Below, piece by piece: positions 29,598 to 32,000 of a stretch of DNA of 32,000 nucleotides. The notes beneath the pieces were generated by a model. It was given only the letters and a program-made list of their open reading frames with translations. It ran no database searches and was not told the origin of the DNA. Made by a program: the position numbers and the translations under genes. The first letter of the stretch is position 1. Every line of letters starts with the position of its first letter. Source of the stretch: Vibrio alginolyticus NBRC 15630 = ATCC 17749 (GTDB lineage Bacteria > Pseudomonadota > Gammaproteobacteria > Enterobacterales > Vibrionaceae); NCBI RefSeq assembly GCF_000354175.2, contig NC_022349.1:180001-212000 (forward strand). The letters are read 5' to 3'.

Positions 29598-30551
29598 TTA
29601 AACATTTAAGTTGTATTTCTTTATTAATCGATAAAGCGTTGTTCTTGAAATGCCGAGGTGACGTGCAGCCGCACTCATATTGTGTTTATTTTCTTCGATA
29701 GCTTGCAGTAGGTAGTCGAGATCAATTTGGTCCACAGAAGGGAGCAATTGCCTCTCATTGTTATCAAGGCCCAAGTCAGCGACGAGAAGCGTGTGATCTT
29801 CACACATGACAATTGCTCGTTGGATGACATTACGCAGTTCTCTTACGTTGCCTGGCCAACGATGTTTGAGGAGCTTGGCTTTTACCTTATCAGACATTTT
29901 TTGTACCTGACCATGAGACAGATCTGCTAGAAAGTGTTCAGATAAAATAATAATGTCTTTTCCACGCTTTCTCAGTGGAGGGATAGTTAATGGCAATATA
30001 TTAAGCCGATAGAATAGATCTTCACGAAATCCTCCTTGTACGACCTCATTTTTCAAATCCACGTGGCTTGCTGCAATGACCCTACAGTCCACGTCAATGA
30101 ATTTATCCGCTCCGACTTTATGGATTTGTTTACTCTCCAAAAAGTGAAGGAGGTGGATTTGTAAGTCTGGTGGCATGTCACCAATTTCATCAAGAAATAG
30201 GGTGCCTTTATGTGCCTTTTGAATAAAACCTATACGCTCTGAGATTGCGCCTGTAAATGCTCCTTTTTCATGGCCGAAAAGCTCGGATGCAATAAGACCA
30301 CTTGGAATGGCTCCACAGTTGACTTCCACAAAAGGTGCTGAGTGTCTGTTCGACAATTGATGAATAAGGCGAGCGCAAAGACCTTTCCCAACACCAGTTT
30401 CACCCTGAATGAGGACTTCAGCATCACATTGAGCGTACTTTTGTATTGCAGTACGAAGTTCTTGGATACAGGCACTATTGCCGATCAACGGGTATAGTGC
30501 CGTATCGTCGAAATCTACAGCTTGTTTATTACTACCGTTACGCAGTTTCAT
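29598..30551 (-). CDS. Sigma-54-dependent transcriptional activator (bEBP) lacking an N-terminal sensory/receiver domain
   Basis: 317 aa with Walker A GETGVGKG, ELFGHEKGAFTGA (GAFTGA loop), Walker B LFLDEIGDM, the arginine-finger region REDLFYRLN, and the Fis-type HTH AARHLGISRTTLYRLIKKY. The AAA+ core begins at about residue 20. Confidence 0.9.
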   Translation of the reverse strand: MKLRNGSNKQAVDFDDTALYPLIGNSACIQELRTAIQKYAQCDAEVLIQGETGVGKGLCARLIHQLSNRHSAPFVEVNCGAIPSGLIASELFGHEKGAFTGAISERIGFIQKAHKGTLFLDEIGDMPPDLQIHLLHFLESKQIHKVGADKFIDVDCRVIAASHVDLKNEVVQGGFREDLFYRLNILPLTIPPLRKRGKDIIILSEHFLADLSHGQVQKMSDKVKAKLLKHRWPGNVRELRNVIQRAIVMCEDHTLLVADLGLDNNERQLLPSVDQIDLDYLLQAIEENKHNMSAAARHLGISRTTLYRLIKKYNLNV

Positions 30552-30897
30552 TGTTAATCACTATTTTTTGCCCCGCTCTAATAATAGTTTTGAATGACTT
30601 GTCTCAAACGTGAGTTGCTGTCTCTTTATTGATAAAAATGTCAATTAATGGGTTGGGTACGGTCTAAATAGTTGATTTGGTGGATATTCATACTATTCTT
30701 CGCTTTCTTCGTCAGAGTAGAGCTGATTGGAGGTGTTCTTTCCACCAGAGTATTCAATATGGAAAAGAATTTAATTTCATTTAAATCAATGTCTTGTGAA
30801 AAATATTTAGAAAATATTCAATTGAGTATTGAAAAATATAGAATCCTTAGTTAGTGTGGTTACTAACAAAGCAACTCAAAAAGAGCCTTAAATAAGT

Positions 30898-30945
30898 ATG
30901 CGTAATTTTGTAATGAACATTCATCACCATCATCACCCAATCTAG
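30898..30945 (+). CDS. hisL: his operon leader peptide
   Basis: ATG 30898 gives MRNFVMNIHHHHHPI* with five consecutive His codons. The in-frame ATG 30913 would give MNIHHHHHPI. Alternative hairpins and a terminator follow. Confidence 0.7.
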   Translation: MRNFVMNIHHHHHPI

Positions 30946-31018
30946 TCTTTCGGGCGATGTACGCATACCCGGGAGGCAGGAAACTCCCGGAGGTAAAATC
31001 AAAGTAAAAGCAGATTTT

Positions 31019-31056
31019 AAACCCTCGGGAGACTTCAATCTCCCGAGGGTTTTTTA
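31019..31056 (+). terminator. his attenuator terminator
   Basis: Stem aaaccctcgggaga/tctcccgagggttt followed by TTTTT. An upstream competing hairpin ccgggag/ctcccgg (30969-30990) can pair alternatively with ccctcggg. Confidence 0.8.
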
Positions 31057-31111
31057 GTTTTATTAGTTTGAAAAATACTTAGATATCAAAATCTTGCATA
31101 GGGACAAAGCA

Positions 31112-32000
31112 ATGCAAACACAACGTTTAAGAATCGCAATTCAGAAAAAAGGTCGTCTTAGCAAAGAGAGTCAAGCTCTACTAAAACAGTGCGGCGTAAA
31201 GTTCAACGTAATGGGCGAGCGTTTAGTTGTCCATTCTGAAAATATGCCAATTGATTTACTCTTGGTTCGTGACGACGACATCCCAGGTTTAATTATGGAT
31301 GGCGTGGTTGACCTTGGCTTTATTGGCGAAAATGAGCTAGAAGAAGTTCGCCTTGACCGCAAAGCATTAGGTGAACCCTGCGAGTTTGTTCAGCTTCGTC
31401 GACTTGATTTTGGTGGCTGTCGTTTATCTATCGCAATCGACAAGGACGAAGAGTACAACGGTCCACAAGACTTAGCTGGCAAGCGTATTGCTACAACGTA
31501 TCCTCAACTTCTAAAAGCGTACATGGATGAAGCCGGCGTTCCATTCTCTACATGTATGCTGACAGGCTCTGTAGAAGTTGCGCCTCGCGCGGGTCTCGCT
31601 GATGCTATCGCTGATTTGGTTTCTACAGGTGCAACACTGGAAGCGAACGGCCTTAAAGAAGCTGAAATTATCTTCAAATCAAAAGCGACATTGATTCAAC
31701 GCACAGGTGAGTTCGACGCAGACAAAGTGGCGCTAATCGAAAAGCTGTTAACTCGCATGCAAGGTGTGCAGCAAGCGAAAGAATCTAAGTACATTATGCT
31801 TCACGCCCCAGCAGAGAAGTTAGATCAAATTAAAGCACTACTGCCAGGTGCTGAAGACCCAACTGTTCTTCCTCTTTCTGCAGATAAGCAGAAAATGGCT
31901 GTTCACTTAGTGAGTTCTGAAAACCTGTTCTGGGAAACAATGGAACAGCTGAAAGAGTTGGGCGCAAGTTCAATTCTCGTTCTACCAATTGAAAAAATGA
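31112..32000 (+). CDS. hisG: ATP phosphoribosyltransferase (long form), 3' end cut by the window edge
   Basis: ATG 31112 gives [31 protein letters not shown]... and the protein is colinear with E. coli HisG to ...[11 protein letters not shown] at the window end. It is not in the ORF track because it has no stop codon in the window. Confidence 0.95.
   Translation, partial: MQTQRLRIAIQKKGRLSKESQALLKQCGVKFNVMGERLVVHSENMPIDLLLVRDDDIPGLIMDGVVDLGFIGENELEEVRLDRKALGEPCEFVQLRRLDFGGCRLSIAIDKDEEYNGPQDLAGKRIATTYPQLLKAYMDEAGVPFSTCMLTGSVEVAPRAGLADAIADLVSTGATLEANGLKEAEIIFKSKATLIQRTGEFDADKVALIEKLLTRMQGVQQAKESKYIMLHAPAEKLDQIKALLPGAEDPTVLPLSADKQKMAVHLVSSENLFWETMEQLKELGASSILVLPIEKM

Noticed and set aside
30672-30854. 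60-aa + strand ORF (TTG start) between the activator and hisL
   Set aside because: It is very AT-rich and lacks a Shine-Dalgarno. It overlaps the likely his promoter repeats, and its internal ATG 30759 version (31 aa) also lacks a ribosome-binding site.

Overview
This window looks like a core-chromosome segment of a Vibrio, judged by gene order and protein sequences; the species cannot be determined from the sequence alone. From left to right it contains: the 5' end of ald (-), lrp, ftsK, lolA, rarA, serS, and a DksA/TraR-type zinc-finger gene (ybiI-like). Next come the divergent biotin genes bioA / bioBFCD around a 45-bp palindromic operator, a small orphan ORF (-), and htpX. An eight-gene, translationally coupled lipid-modification operon follows: NTF2-like, SDR, FAD amine-oxidase-like, DUF1365-like, CFA-synthase-like methyltransferase, small membrane protein, secreted chalcone-isomerase-like protein and lipocalin-like lipoprotein. 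After it lie purB, hflD and mnmA (-), a small acidic ORF, gsk, hns (-), a lysine riboswitch driving an NhaC-family transporter, a sigma-54 activator with no sensory domain (-), the hisL leader/attenuator, and the 5' part of hisG. I saw no tRNA/rRNA, CRISPR, IS or phage genes. Four items deserve a second look. (1) The lipid operon contains the methylase, FAD-desaturase-like and DUF1365 trio associated with furan fatty-acid synthesis, plus uncharacterised envelope proteins. (2) Its promoter region has an ECF(ChrR-type)-like TGATC-N16-CGTA motif followed by four TTGTACAA-type palindromes. (3) A good sigma-54 promoter match with upstream GTTAC repeats lies directly downstream of the orphan activator and points at a ~150-nt gene-free stretch, which suggests an sRNA, a micropeptide or an antisense transcript. 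(4) Perfect PurR palindromes sit at purB and gsk. All family names come from motif recognition and memory, not from database searches.
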